Assembly: GCA_032718475.1 (NCBI GenBank)
Contig: JAUCBJ010002449.1
Span: forward strand, 1 to 64,000
DNA: 64,000 bases
Source: Nemertoderma westbladi
Lineage: Eukaryota; Animalia; Xenacoelomorpha
Direction: 5' to 3'
Shown here piece after piece: positions 13,101 to 28,100 of the stretch (its first letter is position 1; each line of letters opens with the position of its first letter). A program made the translations under genes and the position numbers. Below the pieces are notes generated by a model. That model was not told the origin of the DNA, did no database searches, and worked only from the letters and a program-made list of their open reading frames with translations.

Positions 13101-16100
13101 ATATTGCCAAGTCGATCCAACAGCAAACCTATAAAGGTAAATAAGTTAACCTATAAGGGTAAATAAGTAAAACTGTAAGGGTAAATAAGTAAACCTGTAA
13201 GGGTAAATAATTAAACCTGTAAGGGTAAATAAGTAAACCTGTAAGGGTAAATAAGTAAACCTGTAAGGGTAAATAAGTAAACCTATAAGGGTAAATAAGT
13301 AATCCTGTAAGGGTAAATAAGTAAACCTATAAGGGTAAATAAGTAAACCTATAAGGGTAAATAAGTAAACCTGTAAGGGTAAATAAGTAAACCTGTAAGG
13401 GTAAATAAGTAAACCTATAAGGGTAAATAAGTAAACCTATAAGGGTAAATAAGTAAACCTGTAAGGGTAAATAAGTAAACCTGTAAGGGTAAATAAGTAA
13501 ACCTGTAAGGGTAAATAAGTAAACCTGTAAGGGTAAATAAGTAAACCTGTAAGGGTAAATAAGTAAACCTGTAAGGGTAAATAAGTAAACCTGTAAGGGT
13601 AAATAAGTAAACCTGTAAGGGTAAATAAGTAAACCTGTAAGGGTAAATAAGTAAACCTGTAAGGGTAAATAAGTAAACCTGTAAGGGTAAATAAGTAAAC
13701 CTGTAAGGGTAAATAAGTAAACCTATAAGGGTAAATAAGTAAACCTATAAGGGTAAATAAGTAAACCTATAAGGGTAAATAAGTAAACCTGTAAGGGTAA
13801 ATAAGTAAACCTGTAAGGGTAAATAAGTAAACCTGCAAGGGTAAATAAGTAAACCTGTAAGGGTAAATAAGTAAACCTGTAAGGGTAAATAAGTAAACCT
13901 GTAAGGGTAAATAAGTAAACCTGTAAGGGTAAATAAGTAAACCTGTAAGGGTAAATAAGTAAACCTGTAAGGGTAAATAAGTAAACCTATAAGGGTAAAT
14001 AAGTAAACCTGTAAGGGTAAATAAGTAAACCTATAAGGGTAAATAAGTAAACCTGTAAGGGTAAATAAGTAAACCTGTAAGGGTAAATAAGTAAACCTGT
14101 AAGGGTAAATAAGTAAACCTGTAAGGATTAATAAGTAAACCTATAAGGGTAAATAAGTAAACCTGTAAGGGTAAATAAGTAAACCTATAAGGGTAAATAA
14201 GTAAACCTGTAAGGGTAAATAAGTAAACCTGTAAGGGTAAATAAGTAAACCTATAAGGGTAAATAAGTAAATCTGTAAGGGTAAATAAGTAAACCTATAA
14301 GGGTAAATAAGTAAACCTATAAGGGTAAATAAGTAAACCTATAAGGGTAAATAAGTAAACCTGTAAGGGTAAATAAGTAAACCTATAAGGGTAAATAAGT
14401 AAACCTATAAGGGTAAATAAGTAAACCTATAAGGGTAAATAAGTAAACCTGTAACGGTAAATAAGTAAACCTGTAAGGGTAAATAAGTAAACCTGTAAGG
14501 GTAAATAAGTAAACCTGTAAGGGTAAATAAGTAAACCTGTAAGGATTAATAAGTAAACCTATAAGGGTAAATAAGTAAACCTGTAACGGTAAATAAGTAA
14601 ACCTATAAGGGTAAATAAGTAAACCTATAAGGGTAAATAAGTAAACCTGTAAGGGTAAATAAGTAAACCTATAAAGGTAAATAAGTTAACCTGTAAGGGT
14701 AAATAAGTAAACCTATAAGGGTAAATAAGTAAACCTGTAAGGGTAAATAAGTAAACCTGTAAGGGTAAATAAGTAAACCTATAAGGGTAAATAAGTAAAC
14801 CTGTAAGGGTAAATAAGTAAACCTGTAAGGGTAAATAAGTAAACCTGTAAGGGTAAATAAGTAAACCTGTAAGGGTAAATAAGTAAACCTGTAAGGGTAA
14901 ATAAGTAAACCTGTAAGGGTAAATAAGTAAACCTGTAAGGGTAAATAAGTAAACCTGTAAGGGTAAATAAGTAAACCTGTAAGGGTAAATAAGTAAACCT
15001 GTAAGGGTAAATAAGTAAACCTGTAAGGGTAAATAAGTAAACCTGTAAGGGTAAATAAGTAAACCTGTAAGGGTAAATAAGTAAACCTGTAAGGGTAAAT
15101 AAGTAAACCTGTAAGGGTAAATAAGTAAACCTGTAAGGGTAAATAAGTAAACCTGTAAGGGTAAATAAGTAAACCTACATGGGTAAATACGTAAACCTGT
15201 AAGGGTAAATAAGTAAACCTGTAAGGGTAAATAAGTAAACCTGTAACGGTAAATAAGTAAACCTATAAGGGTAAATAAGTAAACCTGTAACGGTAAATAA
15301 GTAAACCTATAAAGGTAAATAAGTAAACCTGTAACGGTAAATAAGTAAACCTATAAAGGTAAATAAGTTAACCTATAAGGGTAAATAAGTAAACCTGTAA
15401 GGGTAAATAAGTAAACCTGTAAGGGTAAATAAGTAAACCTACAAGGGTAAATACGTAAACCTGTAAGGGTAAATAAGTAAACCTGTAAGGGTAAATAAGT
15501 AAACCTGTAACGGTAAATAAGTAAACCTGTAAGGGTAAATAAGTAAACCTGTAACGGTAAATAAGTAAACCTATAAGGGTAAATAAGTAAACCTGTAACG
15601 GTAAATAAGTAAACCTATAAAGGTAAATAAGTAAACCTGTAACGGTAAATAAGTAAACCTATAAAGGTAAATAAGTTAACCTATAAGGGTAAATAAGTAA
15701 ACCTGTAAGGGTAAATAAGTAAACCTGTAAGGGTAAATAAGTAAACCTACAAGGGTAAATACGTAAACCTGTAAGGGTAAATAAGTAAACCTGTAAGGGT
15801 AAATAAGTAAACCTACAAGGGTAAATACGTAAACCTGTAAGGGTAAATAAGTAAACCTATAAGGGTAAATAAGTAAACCTGTAAGGGTAAATAAGTAAAC
15901 CTGTAAGGGTAAATAAGTAAACCTACAAGGGTAAATACGTAAACCTGTAAGGGTAAATAAGTAAACCTGTAAGGGTAAATAAGTAAACCTGTAACGGTAA
16001 ATAAGTAAACCTGTAAGGGTAAATAAGTAAACCTGTAACGGTAAATAAGTAAACCTATAAGGGTAAATAAGTAAACCTGTAACGGTAAATAAGTAAACCT

Positions 16101-19100
16101 ATAAAGGTAAATAAGTAAACCTGTAACGGTAAATAAGTAAACCTATAAAGGTAAATAAGTTAACCTATAAGGGTAAATAAGTAAACCTGTAAGGGTAAAT
16201 AAGTAAACCTATAAAGGTAAATAAGTTAACCTGTAAGGGTAAATAAGTAAACCTGTAAGGGTAAATAAGTAAACCTGTAACGGTAAATAAGTAAACCTGT
16301 AAGGGTAAATAAGTAAACCTATAAGGGTAAATAAGTAAACCTGTAAGGGTAAATAAGTAAACCTGTAAGGGTAAATAAGTAAACCTGTAAGGGTAAATAA
16401 GTAAACCTACAAGGGTAAATACGTAAACCTGTAAGGGTAAATAAGTAAACCTGTAAGGGTAAATAAGTAAACCTGTAACGGTAAATAAGTAAACCTATAA
16501 GGGTAAATAAGTAAACCTGTAACGGTAAATAAGTAAACCTATAAAGGTAAATAAGTTAACCTATAAGGGTAAATAAGTAAACCTACAAGGGTAAATACGT
16601 AAACCTGTAAGGGTAAATAAGTAAACCTGTAAGGGTAAATAAGTAAACCTGTAACGGTAAATAAGTAAACCTGTAAGGGTAAATAAGTAAACCTGTAACG
16701 GTAAATAAGTAAACCTATAAGGGTAAATAAGTAAACCTGTAAGGGTAAATAAGTAAACCTATAAGGGTAAATAAGTAAACCTGTAAGGGTAAATAAGTAA
16801 ACCTATAAGGGTAAATAAGTAAACCTGTAAGGGTAAATAAGTAAACCTGTAAGGGTAAATAAGTAAACCTGTAAGGGTAAATAAGTAAACCTGTAAGGGT
16901 AAATAAGTAAACCTGTAAGGGTAAATAAGTAAACCTATAAGGGTAAATAAGTAAACCTGTAAGGGTAAATAAGTAAACCTGTAAGGGTAAATAAGTAAAC
17001 CTGTAAGGGTAAATAAGTAAACCTGTAAGGGTAAATAAGTAAACCTGTAAGGGTAAATAAGTAAACCTGTAAGGGTAAATAAGTAAACCTGTAAGGGTAA
17101 ATAAGTAAACCTGTAAGGGTAAATAAGTAAACCTGTAAGGGTAAATAAGTAAACCTGTAACGGTAAATAAGTAAACCTATAAGGGTAAATAAGTAAACCT
17201 GTAAGGGTAAATAAGTAAACCTATAAGGGTAAATAAGTAAACCTATAAGGGTAAATAAGTAAACCTGTAAGGGTAAATAAGTAAACCTGTAAGGGTAAAT
17301 AAGTAAACCTATAAGGGTAAATAGGTAAACCTGTAAGGGTAAATAAGTAAACCTGTAAGGGTAAATAAGTAAACCTATAAGGGTAAATAAGTAAACCTAT
17401 AAGGGTAAATAAGTAAACCTATAAGGGTAAATAAGTAAACCTGTAAGGGTAAATAAGTAAACCTGTAAGGGTAAATAAGTAAACCTGTAAGGGTAAATAA
17501 GTAAACCTGTAAGGGTAAATAAGTAAACCTGTAAGGGTAAATAAGTAAACCTGTAAGGGTAAATAAGTAAACCTATAAGGGTAAATAAGTAAACCTATAA
17601 GGGTAAATAAGTAAACCGACAAGGGTAAATAAGTAAACCGACAAGGGTAAATAAGTAAACCTGTAAGGGTAAATAAGTAAACCTGTAAGGGTAAATAAGT
17701 AAACCTATAAGGGTAAATAAGTAAACCTGTAAGGGTAAATAAGTAAACCTATAAGGGTAAATAGGTAAACCTGTAAGGGTAAATAAGTAAACCTGTAAGG
17801 GTAAATAAGTAAACCTGTAAGGATTAATAAGTAAACCTATAAGGGTAAATAAGTAAACCTGTAAGGGTAAATAAGTAAACCTGTAAGGATTAATAAGTAA
17901 ACCTATAAGGGTAAATAAGTAAACCTGTAAGGGTAAATAAGTAAACCTGTAAGGGTAAATAAGTAAACCTGTAAGGGTAAATAAGTAAACCTATAAGGGT
18001 AAATAAGTAAACCTGTAAGGGTAAATAAGTAAACCTGTAAGGGTAAATAAGTAAACCTGTAAGGATTAATAAGTAAACCTATAAGGGTAAATAAGTAAAC
18101 CTATAAGGGTAAATAAGTAAACCTGTAAGGGTAAATAAGTAAACCTACAAGGGTAAATACGTAAACCTGTAAGGGTAAATAAGTAAACCTGTAAGGGTAA
18201 ATAAGTAAACCTGTAAGGGTAAATAAGTAAACCTGTAAGGGTAAATAAGTAAACCTATAAGGGTAAATAAGTAAACCTACAAGGGTAAATACGTAAACCT
18301 GTAAGGGTAAATAAGTAAACCTGTAAGGGTAAATAAGTAAACCTATAAGGGTAAATAAGTAAACCTGTAAGGGTAAATAAGTAAACCTATAAGGGTAAAT
18401 AAGTAAACCTGTAAGGGTAAATAAGTAAACCTACAAGGGTAAATACGTAAACCTGTAAGGGTAAATAAGTAAACCTGTAAGGGTAAATAAGTAAACCTGT
18501 AAGGGTAAATAAGTAAACCTATAAGGGTAAATAAGTAAACCTGTAAGGGTAAATAAGTAAACCTACAAGGGTAAATACGTAAACCTGTAAGGGTAAATAA
18601 GTAAACCTGTAAGGGTAAATAAGTAAACCTGTAAGGGTAAATAAGTAAACCTATAAGGGTAAATAAGTAAACCTGTAAGGGTAAATAAGTAAACCTACAA
18701 GGGTAAATACGTAAACCTGTAAGGGTAAATAAGTAAACCTGTAAGGGTAAATAAGTAAACCTGTAAGGGTAAATAAGTAAACCTATAAGGGTAAATAAGT
18801 AAACCTGTAAGGGTAAATAAGTAAACCTACAAGGGTAAATACGTAAACCTGTAAGGGTAAATAAGTAAACCTGTAAGGGTAAATAAGTAAACCTGTAAGG
18901 GTAAATAAGTAAACCTACAAGGGTAAATAAGTAAACCTGTAAGGGTAAATAAGTAAACCTGTAAGGGTAAATAAGTAAACCTGTAAGGGTAAATAAGTAA
19001 ACCTGTAACGGTAAATAAGTAAACCTGTAAGGGTAAATAAGTAAACCTGTAAGGATTAATAAGTAAACCTATAAGGGTAAATAAGTAAACCTGTAAGGGT

Positions 19101-22100
19101 AAATAAGTAAATCTGTAAGGGTAAATAAGTAAACCTATAAGGGTAAATAAGTAAACCTACAAGGGTAAATAAGTAAACCTGTAAGGGTAAATAAGTAAAC
19201 CTGTAAGGGTAAATAAGTAAACCTGTAAGGGTAAATAAGTAAACCTGTAAGGGTAAATAAGTAAACCTGTAAGGATTAATAAGTAAACCTGTAAGGGTAA
19301 ATAAGTAAACCTGTAAGGGTAAATAAGTAAACCTGTAAGGATTAATAAGTAAACCTATAAGGGTAAATAAGTAAACCTGTAAGGGTAAATAAGTAAACCT
19401 GTAAGGGTAAATAAGTAAACCTATAAGGGTAAATAAGTAAACCTGTAAGGGTAAATAAGTAAACCTACAAGGGTAAATACGTAAACCTGTAAGGGTAAAT
19501 AAGTAAACCTGTAAGGGTAAATAAGTAAACCTGTAAGGGTAAATAAGTAAACCTATAAGGGTAAATAAGTAAACCTGTAAGGGTAAATAAGTAAACCTAC
19601 AAGGGTAAATACGTAAACCTGTAAGGGTAAATAAGTAAACCTGTAAGGGTAAATAAGTAAACCTGTAAGGGTAAATAAGTAAACCTATAAGGGTAAATAA
19701 GTAAACCTGTAAGGGTAAATAAGTAAACCTACAAGGGTAAATACGTAAACCTGTAAGGGTAAATAAGTAAACCTGTAAGGGTAAATAAGTAAACCTGTAA
19801 GGGTAAATAAGTAAACCTGTAAGGGTAAATAAGTAAACCTGTAAGGGTAAATAAGTAAACCTATAAGGGTAAATAAGTAAACCTATAAGGGTAAATAAGT
19901 AAACCTGTAAGGGTAAATAAGTAAACCTGTAAGGGTAAATAAGTAAACCTGTAAGGGTAAATAAGTAAACCTGTAAGGGTAAATAAGTAAACCTATAAGG
20001 GTAAATAAGTAAACCTGTAAGGGTAAATAAGTAAACCTATACGGGTAAATAAGTAAACCTGTAAGGGTAAATAAGTAAACCTGTAAGGGTAAATAAGTAA
20101 ACCTGTAAGGGTAAATAAGTAAACCTATAAGGGTAAATAAGTAAACCTGTAAGGGTAAATAAGTAAACCTGTAAGGGTAAATAAGTAAACCTGTAAGGGT
20201 AAATAAGTAAACCTGTAAGGGTAAATAAGTAAACCTGTAAGGGTAAATAAGTAAACCTATAAGGGTAAATAAGTAAACCTGTAAGGGTAAATAAGTAAAC
20301 CTGTAAGGGTAAATAAGTAAACCTATAAGGGTAAATAAGTAAACCTGTAAGGGTAAATAAGTAAACCTGTAAGGGTAAATAAGTAAACCTGTAAGGGTAA
20401 ATAAGTAAACCTGTAAGGGTAAATAAGTAAACCTGTAACGGTAAATAAGTAAACCTATAAGGGTAAATAAGTAAACCTGTAAGGGTAAATAAGTAAACCT
20501 ATAAGGGTAAATAAGTAAACCTATAAGGGTAAATAAGTAAACCTGTAAGGGTAAATAAGTAAACCTGTAAGGGTAAATAAGTAAACCTATAAGGGTAAAT
20601 AGGTAAACCTGTAAGGGTAAATAAGTAAACCTGTAAGGGTAAATAAGTAAACCTATAAGGGTAAATAAGTAAACCTATAAGGGTAAATAAGTAAACCTAT
20701 AAGGGTAAATAAGTAAACCTGTAAGGGTAAATAAGTAAACCTGTAACGGTAAATAAGTAAACCTGTAACGGTAAATAAGTAAACCTGTAAGGGTAAATAA
20801 GTAAACCTATAAGGGTAAATAAGTAAACCTATAAGGGTAAATAAGTAAACCTGTAACGGTAAATAAGTAAACCTGTAAGGGTAAATAAGTAAACCTATAA
20901 GGGTAAATAAGTAAACCTGTAACGGTAAATAAGTAAACCTGTAAGGGTAAATAAGTAAACCTATAAGGGTAAATAAGTAAACCTATAACGGTAAATAAGT
21001 AAACCTGTAACGGTAAATAAGTAAACCTGTAAGGGTAAATAAGTAAACCTGCAAGGGTAAATAAGTAAACCTATAACGGTAAATAAGTAAACCTGTAACG
21101 GTAAATAAGTAAACCTGTAAGGGTAAATAAGTAAACCTATAAGGGTAAATAAGTAAACCTGTAAGGGTAAATAAGTAAACCTGTAAGGGTAAATAAGTAA
21201 ACCTGTAAGGGTAAATAAGTAAACCTATAAGGGTAAATAAGTAAACCTGTAAGGGTAAATAAGTAAACCTATAAGGGTAAATAAGTAAACCTATAAGGGT
21301 AAATAAGTAAACCTGTAAGGGTAAATAAGTAAACCTGTAAGGGTAAATAAGTAAACCTGTAAGGGTAAATAAGTAAACCTGTAAGGGTAAATAAGTAAAC
21401 CTGTAAGGGTAAATAAGTAAACCTGTAAGGGTAAATAAGTAAACCTATAAGGGTAAATAAGTAAACCTATAAGGGTAAATAAGTAAACCTATAAGGGTAA
21501 ATAAGTAAACCTGTAAGGGTAAATAAGTAAACCTGTAAGGGTAAATAAGTAAACCTGTAAGGGTAAATAAGTAAACCTGTAAGGGTAAATAAGTAAACCT
21601 GTAAGGGTAAATAAGTAAACCTGTAAGGGTAAATAAGTAAACCTGTAAGGGTAAATAAGTAAACCTATAACGGTAAATAAGTAAACCTGTAAGGGTAAAT
21701 AAGTAAACCTGTAAGGGTAAATAAGTAAACCTGTAAGGGTAAATAAGTAAACCTGTAAGGGTAAATAAGTAAACCTGTAAGGGTAAATAAGTAAACCTGT
21801 AAGGGTAAATAAGTAAACCTGTAAGGGTAAATAAGTAAACCTGTAAGGGTAAATAAGTAAACCTGTAAGGGTAAATAAGTAAACCTGTAAGGGTAAATAA
21901 GTAAACCTGTAAGGGTAAATAAGTAAACCTGTAAGGGTAAATAAGTAAACCTGTAAGGGTAAATAAGTAAACCTATAACGGTAAATAAGTAAACCTGTAA
22001 GGGTAAATAAGTAAACCTGTAAGGGTAAATAAGTAAACCTATAACGGTAAATAAGTAAACCTGTAAGGGTAAATAAGTAAACCTGTAAGGGTAAATAAGT

Positions 22101-25100
22101 AAACCTATAACGGTAAATAAGTAAACCTGTAAGGGTAAATAAGTAAACCTGTAAGGGTAAATAAGTAAACCTGTAAGGGTAAATAAGTAAACCTGTAAGG
22201 GTAAATAAGTAAACCTGTAAGGGTAAATAAGTAAACCTGTAAGGGTAAATAAGTAAACCTGTAAGGGTAAATAAGTAAACCTATAACGGTAAATAAGTAA
22301 ACCTGTAAGGGTAAATAAGTAAACCTGTAAGGGTAAATAAGTAAACCTGTAAGGGTAAATAAGTAAACCTATAAGGGTAAATAAGTAAACCTATAAGGGT
22401 AAATAAGTTAACCTGTAAGGGTAAATAAGTAAACCTGTAAGGGTAAATAAGTAAACCTGTAAGGGTAAATAAGTAAACCTGTAAGGGTAAATAAGTAAAC
22501 CTATAACGGTAAATAAGTAAACCTGTAAGGGTAAATAAGTAAACCTGTAAGGGTAAATAAGTAAACCTGTAAGGGTAAATAAGTAAACCTGTAAGGGTAA
22601 ATAAGTAAACCTGTAAGGGTAAATAAGTAAACCTGTAAGGGTAAATAAGTAAACCTGTAAGGGTAAATAAGTAAACCTGTAAGGGTAAATAAGTAAACCT
22701 GTAAGGGTAAATAAGTAAACCTGTAAGGGTAAATAAGTAAACCTGTAAGGGTAAATAAGTAAACCTGTAAGGGTAAATAAGTAAACCTGTAAGGGTAAAT
22801 AAGTAAACCTGTAAGGGTAAATAAGTAAACCTATAAGGGTAAATAAGTAAACCTATAAGGGTAAATAAGTAAACCTGTAAGGGTAAATAAGTAAACCTGT
22901 AAGGGTAAATAAGTAAACCTATAAGGGTAAATAAGTAAACCTGTAAGGGTAAATAAGTAAACCTATAAGGGTAAATAAGTTAACCTATAAGGGTAAATAA
23001 GTAAACCTGTAAGGGTAAATAAGTAAACCTGTAAGGGTAAATAAGTAAACCTGTAAGGGTAAATAAGTAAACCTGTAAGGGTAAATAAGTAAACCTGTAA
23101 GGGTAAATAAGTAAACCTGTAAGGGTAAATAAGTAAACCTGTAAGGGTAAATAAGTAAACCTGTAACGGTAAATAAGTAAACCTGTAAGGGTAAATAAGT
23201 AAACCTGTAAGGGTAAATAAGTAAACCTATAAGGGTAAATAAGTAAACCTGTAAGGGTAAATAAGTAAACCTGTAAGGGTAAATAAGTAAACCTATAAGG
23301 GTAAATAAGTAAACCTATAAGGGTAAATAAGTAAACCTGTAAGGGTAAATAAGTAAACCTGTAAGGGTAAATAAGTAAACCTGTAAGGGTAAATAAGTAA
23401 ACCTGTAAGGGTAAATAAGTAAACCTGTAAGGGTAAATAAGTAAACCTGTAAGGGTAAATAAGTAAACCTGTAAGGGTAAATAAGTAAACCTGTAAGGGT
23501 TAATAAGTAAACCTATAAGGGTAAATAAGTAAACCTGTAAGGGTAAATAAGTAAACCTGTAAGGGTAAATAAGTAAACCTATAAGGGTAAATAAGTAAAC
23601 CTGTAAGGGTAAATAAGTAAACCTACAAGGGTAAATACGTAAACCTGTAAGGGTAAATAAGTAAACCTGTAAGGGTAAATAAGTAAACCTGTAAGGGTAA
23701 ATAAGTAAACCTATAAGGGTAAATAAGTAAACCTGTAAGGGTAAATAAGTAAACCTACAAGGGTAAATAAGTAAACCTGTAAGGGTAAATAAGTAAACCT
23801 GTAAGGGTAAATAAGTAAACCTGTAAGGGTAAATAAGTAAACCTATAAGGGTAAATAAGTAAACCTGTAAGGGTAAATAAGTAAACCTACAAGGGTAAAT
23901 AAGTAAACCTGTAAGGGTAAATAAGTAAACCTGTAAGGGTAAATAAGTAAACCTGTAAGGGTAAATAAGTAAACCTGTAAGGGTAAATAAGTAAACCTGT
24001 AAGGGTAAATAAGTAAACCTATAAGGGTAAATAAGTAAACCTGTAAGGGTAAATAAGTAAACCTGTAAGGGTAAATAAGTAAACCTGTAAGGGTAAATAA
24101 GTAAACCTGTAAGGGTAAATAAGTAAACCTGTAAGGGTAAATAAGTAAACCTGTAAGGGTAAATAAGTAAACCTGTAAGGGTAAATAAGTAAACCTGTAA
24201 GGGTAAATAAGTAAACCTGTAAGGGTAAATAAGTAAACCTGTAAGGGTAAATAAGTAAACCTGTAAGGGTAAATAAGTAAACCTATAAGGGTAAATAAGT
24301 AAACCTGTAAGGGTAAATAAGTAAACCTGTAAGGGTAAATAAGTAAACCTGTAAGGGTAAATAAGTAAACCTGTAAGGGTAAATAAGTAAACCTGTAAGG
24401 GTAAATAAGTAAACCTATAAGGGTAAATAAGTAAACCTGTAAGGGTAAATAAGTAAACCTGTAAGGGTAAATAAGTAAACCTATAAGGGTAAATAAGTAA
24501 ACCTGTAAGGGTAAATAAGTAAACCTGTAAGGGTAAATAAGTAAACCTGTAAGGGTAAATAAGTAAACCTGTAAGGGTAAATAAGTAAACCTGTAACGGT
24601 AAATAAGTAAACCTATAAGGGTAAATAAGTAAACCTGTAAGGGTAAATAAGTAAACCTATAAGGGTAAATAAGTAAACCTATAAGGGTAAATAAGTAAAC
24701 CTGTAAGGGTAAATAAGTAAACCTGTAAGGGTAAATAAGTAAACCTATAAGGGTAAATAAGTAAACCTGTAAGGGTAAATAAGTAAACCTGTAAGGGTAA
24801 ATAAGTAAACCTGTAAGGGTAAATAAGTAAACCTATAAGGGTAAATAAGTAAACCTATAAGGGTAAATAAGTAAACCTGTAAGGGTAAATAAGTAAACCT
24901 GTAAGGGTAAATAAGTAAACCTGTAAGGGTAAATAAGTAAACCTGTAAGGGTAAATAAGTAAACCTATAAGGGTAAATAAGTAAACCTATAAGGGTAAAT
25001 AAGTAAACCTGTAAGGGTAAATAAGTAAACCTGTAAGGGTAAATAAGTAAACCTATAAGGGTAAATAAGTAAACCTGTAAGGGTAAATAAGTAAACCTGT

Positions 25101-28100
25101 AAGGGTAAATAAGTAAACCTATAAGGGTAAATAAGTAAACCTATAACGGTAAATAAGTAAACCTGTAACGGTAAATAAGTAAACCTGTAAGGGTAAATAA
25201 GTAAACCTGCAAGGGTAAATAAGTAAACCTATAACGGTAAATAAGTAAACCTGTAACGGTAAATAAGTAAACCTGTAAGGGTAAATAAGTAAACCTATAA
25301 GGGTAAATAAGTAAACCTGTAAGGGTAAATAAGTAAACCTGTAAGGGTAAATAAGTAAACCTGTAAGGGTAAATAAGTAAACCTATAAGGGTAAATAAGT
25401 AAACCTGTAAGGGTAAATAAGTAAACCTATAAGGGTAAATAAGTAAACCTATAAGGGTAAATAAGTAAACCTGTAAGGGTAAATAAGTAAACCTGTAAGG
25501 GTAAATAAGTAAACCTGTAAGGGTAAATAAGTAAACCTGTAAGGGTAAATAAGTAAACCTGTAAGGGTAAATAAGTAAACCTGTAAGGGTAAATAAGTAA
25601 ACCTATAAGGGTAAATAAGTAAACCTATAAGGGTAAATAAGTAAACCTATAAGGGTAAATAAGTAAACCTGTAAGGGTAAATAAGTAAACCTGTAAGGGT
25701 AAATAAGTAAACCTGTAAGGGTAAATAAGTAAACCTGTAAGGGTAAATAAGTAAACCTGTAAGGGTAAATAAGTAAACCTGTAAGGGTAAATAAGTAAAC
25801 CTGTAAGGGTAAATAAGTAAACCTGTAAGGGTAAATAAGTAAACCTGTAAGGGTAAATAAGTAAACCTGTAAGGGTAAATAAGTAAACCTGTAAGGGTAA
25901 ATAAGTAAACCTGTAAGGGTAAATAAGTAAACCTGTAAGGGTAAATAAGTAAACCTGTAAGGGTAAATAAGTAAACCTGTAAGGGTAAATAAGTAAACCT
26001 GTAAGGGTAAATAAGTAAACCTGTAAGGGTAAATAAGTAAACCTGTAAGGGTAAATAAGTAAACCTGTAAGGGTAAATAAGTAAACCTGTAAGGGTAAAT
26101 AAGTAAACCTATAAGGGTAAATAAGTAAACCTGTAAGGGTAAATAAGTAAACCTGTAAGGGTAAATAAGTAAACCTATAAGGGTAAATAAGTAAACCTGT
26201 AAGGGTAAATAAGTAAACCTGTAAGGGTAAATAAGTAAACCTGTAAGGGTAAATAAGTAAACCTGTAAGGGTAAATAAGTAAACCTGTAAGGGTAAATAA
26301 GTAAACCTGTAAGGGTAAATAAGTAAACCTGTAAGGGTAAATAAGTAAACCTGTAAGGGTAAATAAGTAAACCTGTAAGGGTAAATAAGTAAACCTGTAA
26401 GGGTAAATAAGTAAACCTGTAAGGGTAAATAAGTAAACCTGTAAGGGTAAATAAGTAAACCTGTAAGGGTAAATAAGTAAACCTGTAAGGGTAAATAAGT
26501 AAACCTATAAGGGTAAATAAGTAAACCTGTAAGGGTAAATAAGTAAACCTGTAAGGGTAAATAAGTAAACCTGTAAGGGTAAATAAGTAAACCTGTAAGG
26601 GTAAATAAGTAAACCTGTAAGGGTAAATAAGTAAACCTGTAAGGGTAAATAAGTAAACCTGTAAGGGTAAATAAGTAAACCTGTAAGGGTAAATAAGTAA
26701 ACCTGTAAGGGTAAATAAGTAAACCTGTAAGGGTAAATAAGTAAACCTGTAAGGGTAAATAAGTAAACCTGTAAGGGTAAATAAGTAAACCTGTAAGGGT
26801 AAATAAGTAAACCTGTAAGGGTAAATAAGTAAACCTGTAAGGGTAAATAAGTAAACCTGTAAGGGTAAATAAGTAAACCTGTAAGGGTAAATAAGTAAAC
26901 CTGTAAGGGTAAATAAGTAAACCTGTAAGGGTAAATAAGTAAACCTGTAAGGGTAAATAAGTAAACCTGTAAGGGTAAATAAGTAAACCTGTAAGGGTAA
27001 ATAAGTAAACCTGTAAGGGTAAATAAGTAAACCTGTAAGGGTAAATAAGTAAACCTGTAAGGGTAAATAAGTAAACCTGTAAGGGTAAATAAGTAAACCT
27101 GTAAGGGTAAATAAGTAAACCTGTAAGGGTAAATAAGTAAACCTGTAAGGGTAAATAAGTAAACCTGTAAGGGTAAATAAGTAAACCTGTAAGGGTAAAT
27201 AAGTAAACCTGTAAGGGTAAATAAGTAAACCTGTAAGGGTAAATAAGTAAACCTGTAAGGGTAAATAAGTAAACCTGTAAGGGTAAATAAGTAAACCTGT
27301 AAGGGTAAATAAGTAAACCTGTAAGGGTAAATAAGTAAACCTGTAAGGGTAAATAAGTAAACCTATAAGGGTAAATAAGTAAACCTGTAAGGGTAAATAA
27401 GTAAACCTGTAAGGGTAAATAAGTAAACCTGTAAGGGTAAATAAGTAAACCTGTAAGGGTAAATAAGTAAACCTGTAAGGGTAAATAAGTAAACCTGTAA
27501 GGGTAAATAAGTAAACCTGTAAGGGTAAATAAGTAAACCTGTAAGGGTAAATAAGTAAACCTGTAAGGGTAAATAAGTAAACCTGTAAGGGTAAATAAGT
27601 AAACCTGTAAGGGTAAATAAGTAAACCTGTAAGGGTAAATAAGTAAACCTGTAAGGGTAAATAAGTAAACCTGTAAGGGTAAATAAGTAAACCTGTAAGG
27701 GTAAATAAGTAAACCTGTAAGGGTAAATAAGTAAACCTGTAAGGGTAAATAAGTAAACCTATAAGGGTAAATAAGTAAACCTGTAAGGGTAAATAAGTAA
27801 ACCTGTAAGGGTAAATAAGTAAACCTGTAAGGGTAAATAAGTAAACCTGTAAGGGTAAATAAGTAAACCTGTAAGGGTAAATAAGTAAACCTGTAAGGGT
27901 AAATAAGTAAACCTGTAAGGGTAAATAAGTAAACCTGTAAGGGTAAATAAGTAAACCTGTAAGGGTAAATAAGTAAACCTGTAAGGGTAAATAAGTAAAC
28001 CTGTAAGGGTAAATAAGTAAACCTGTAAGGGTAAATAAGTAAACCTGTAAGGGTAAATAAGTAAACCTGTAAGGGTAAATAAGTAAACCTGTAAGGGTAA

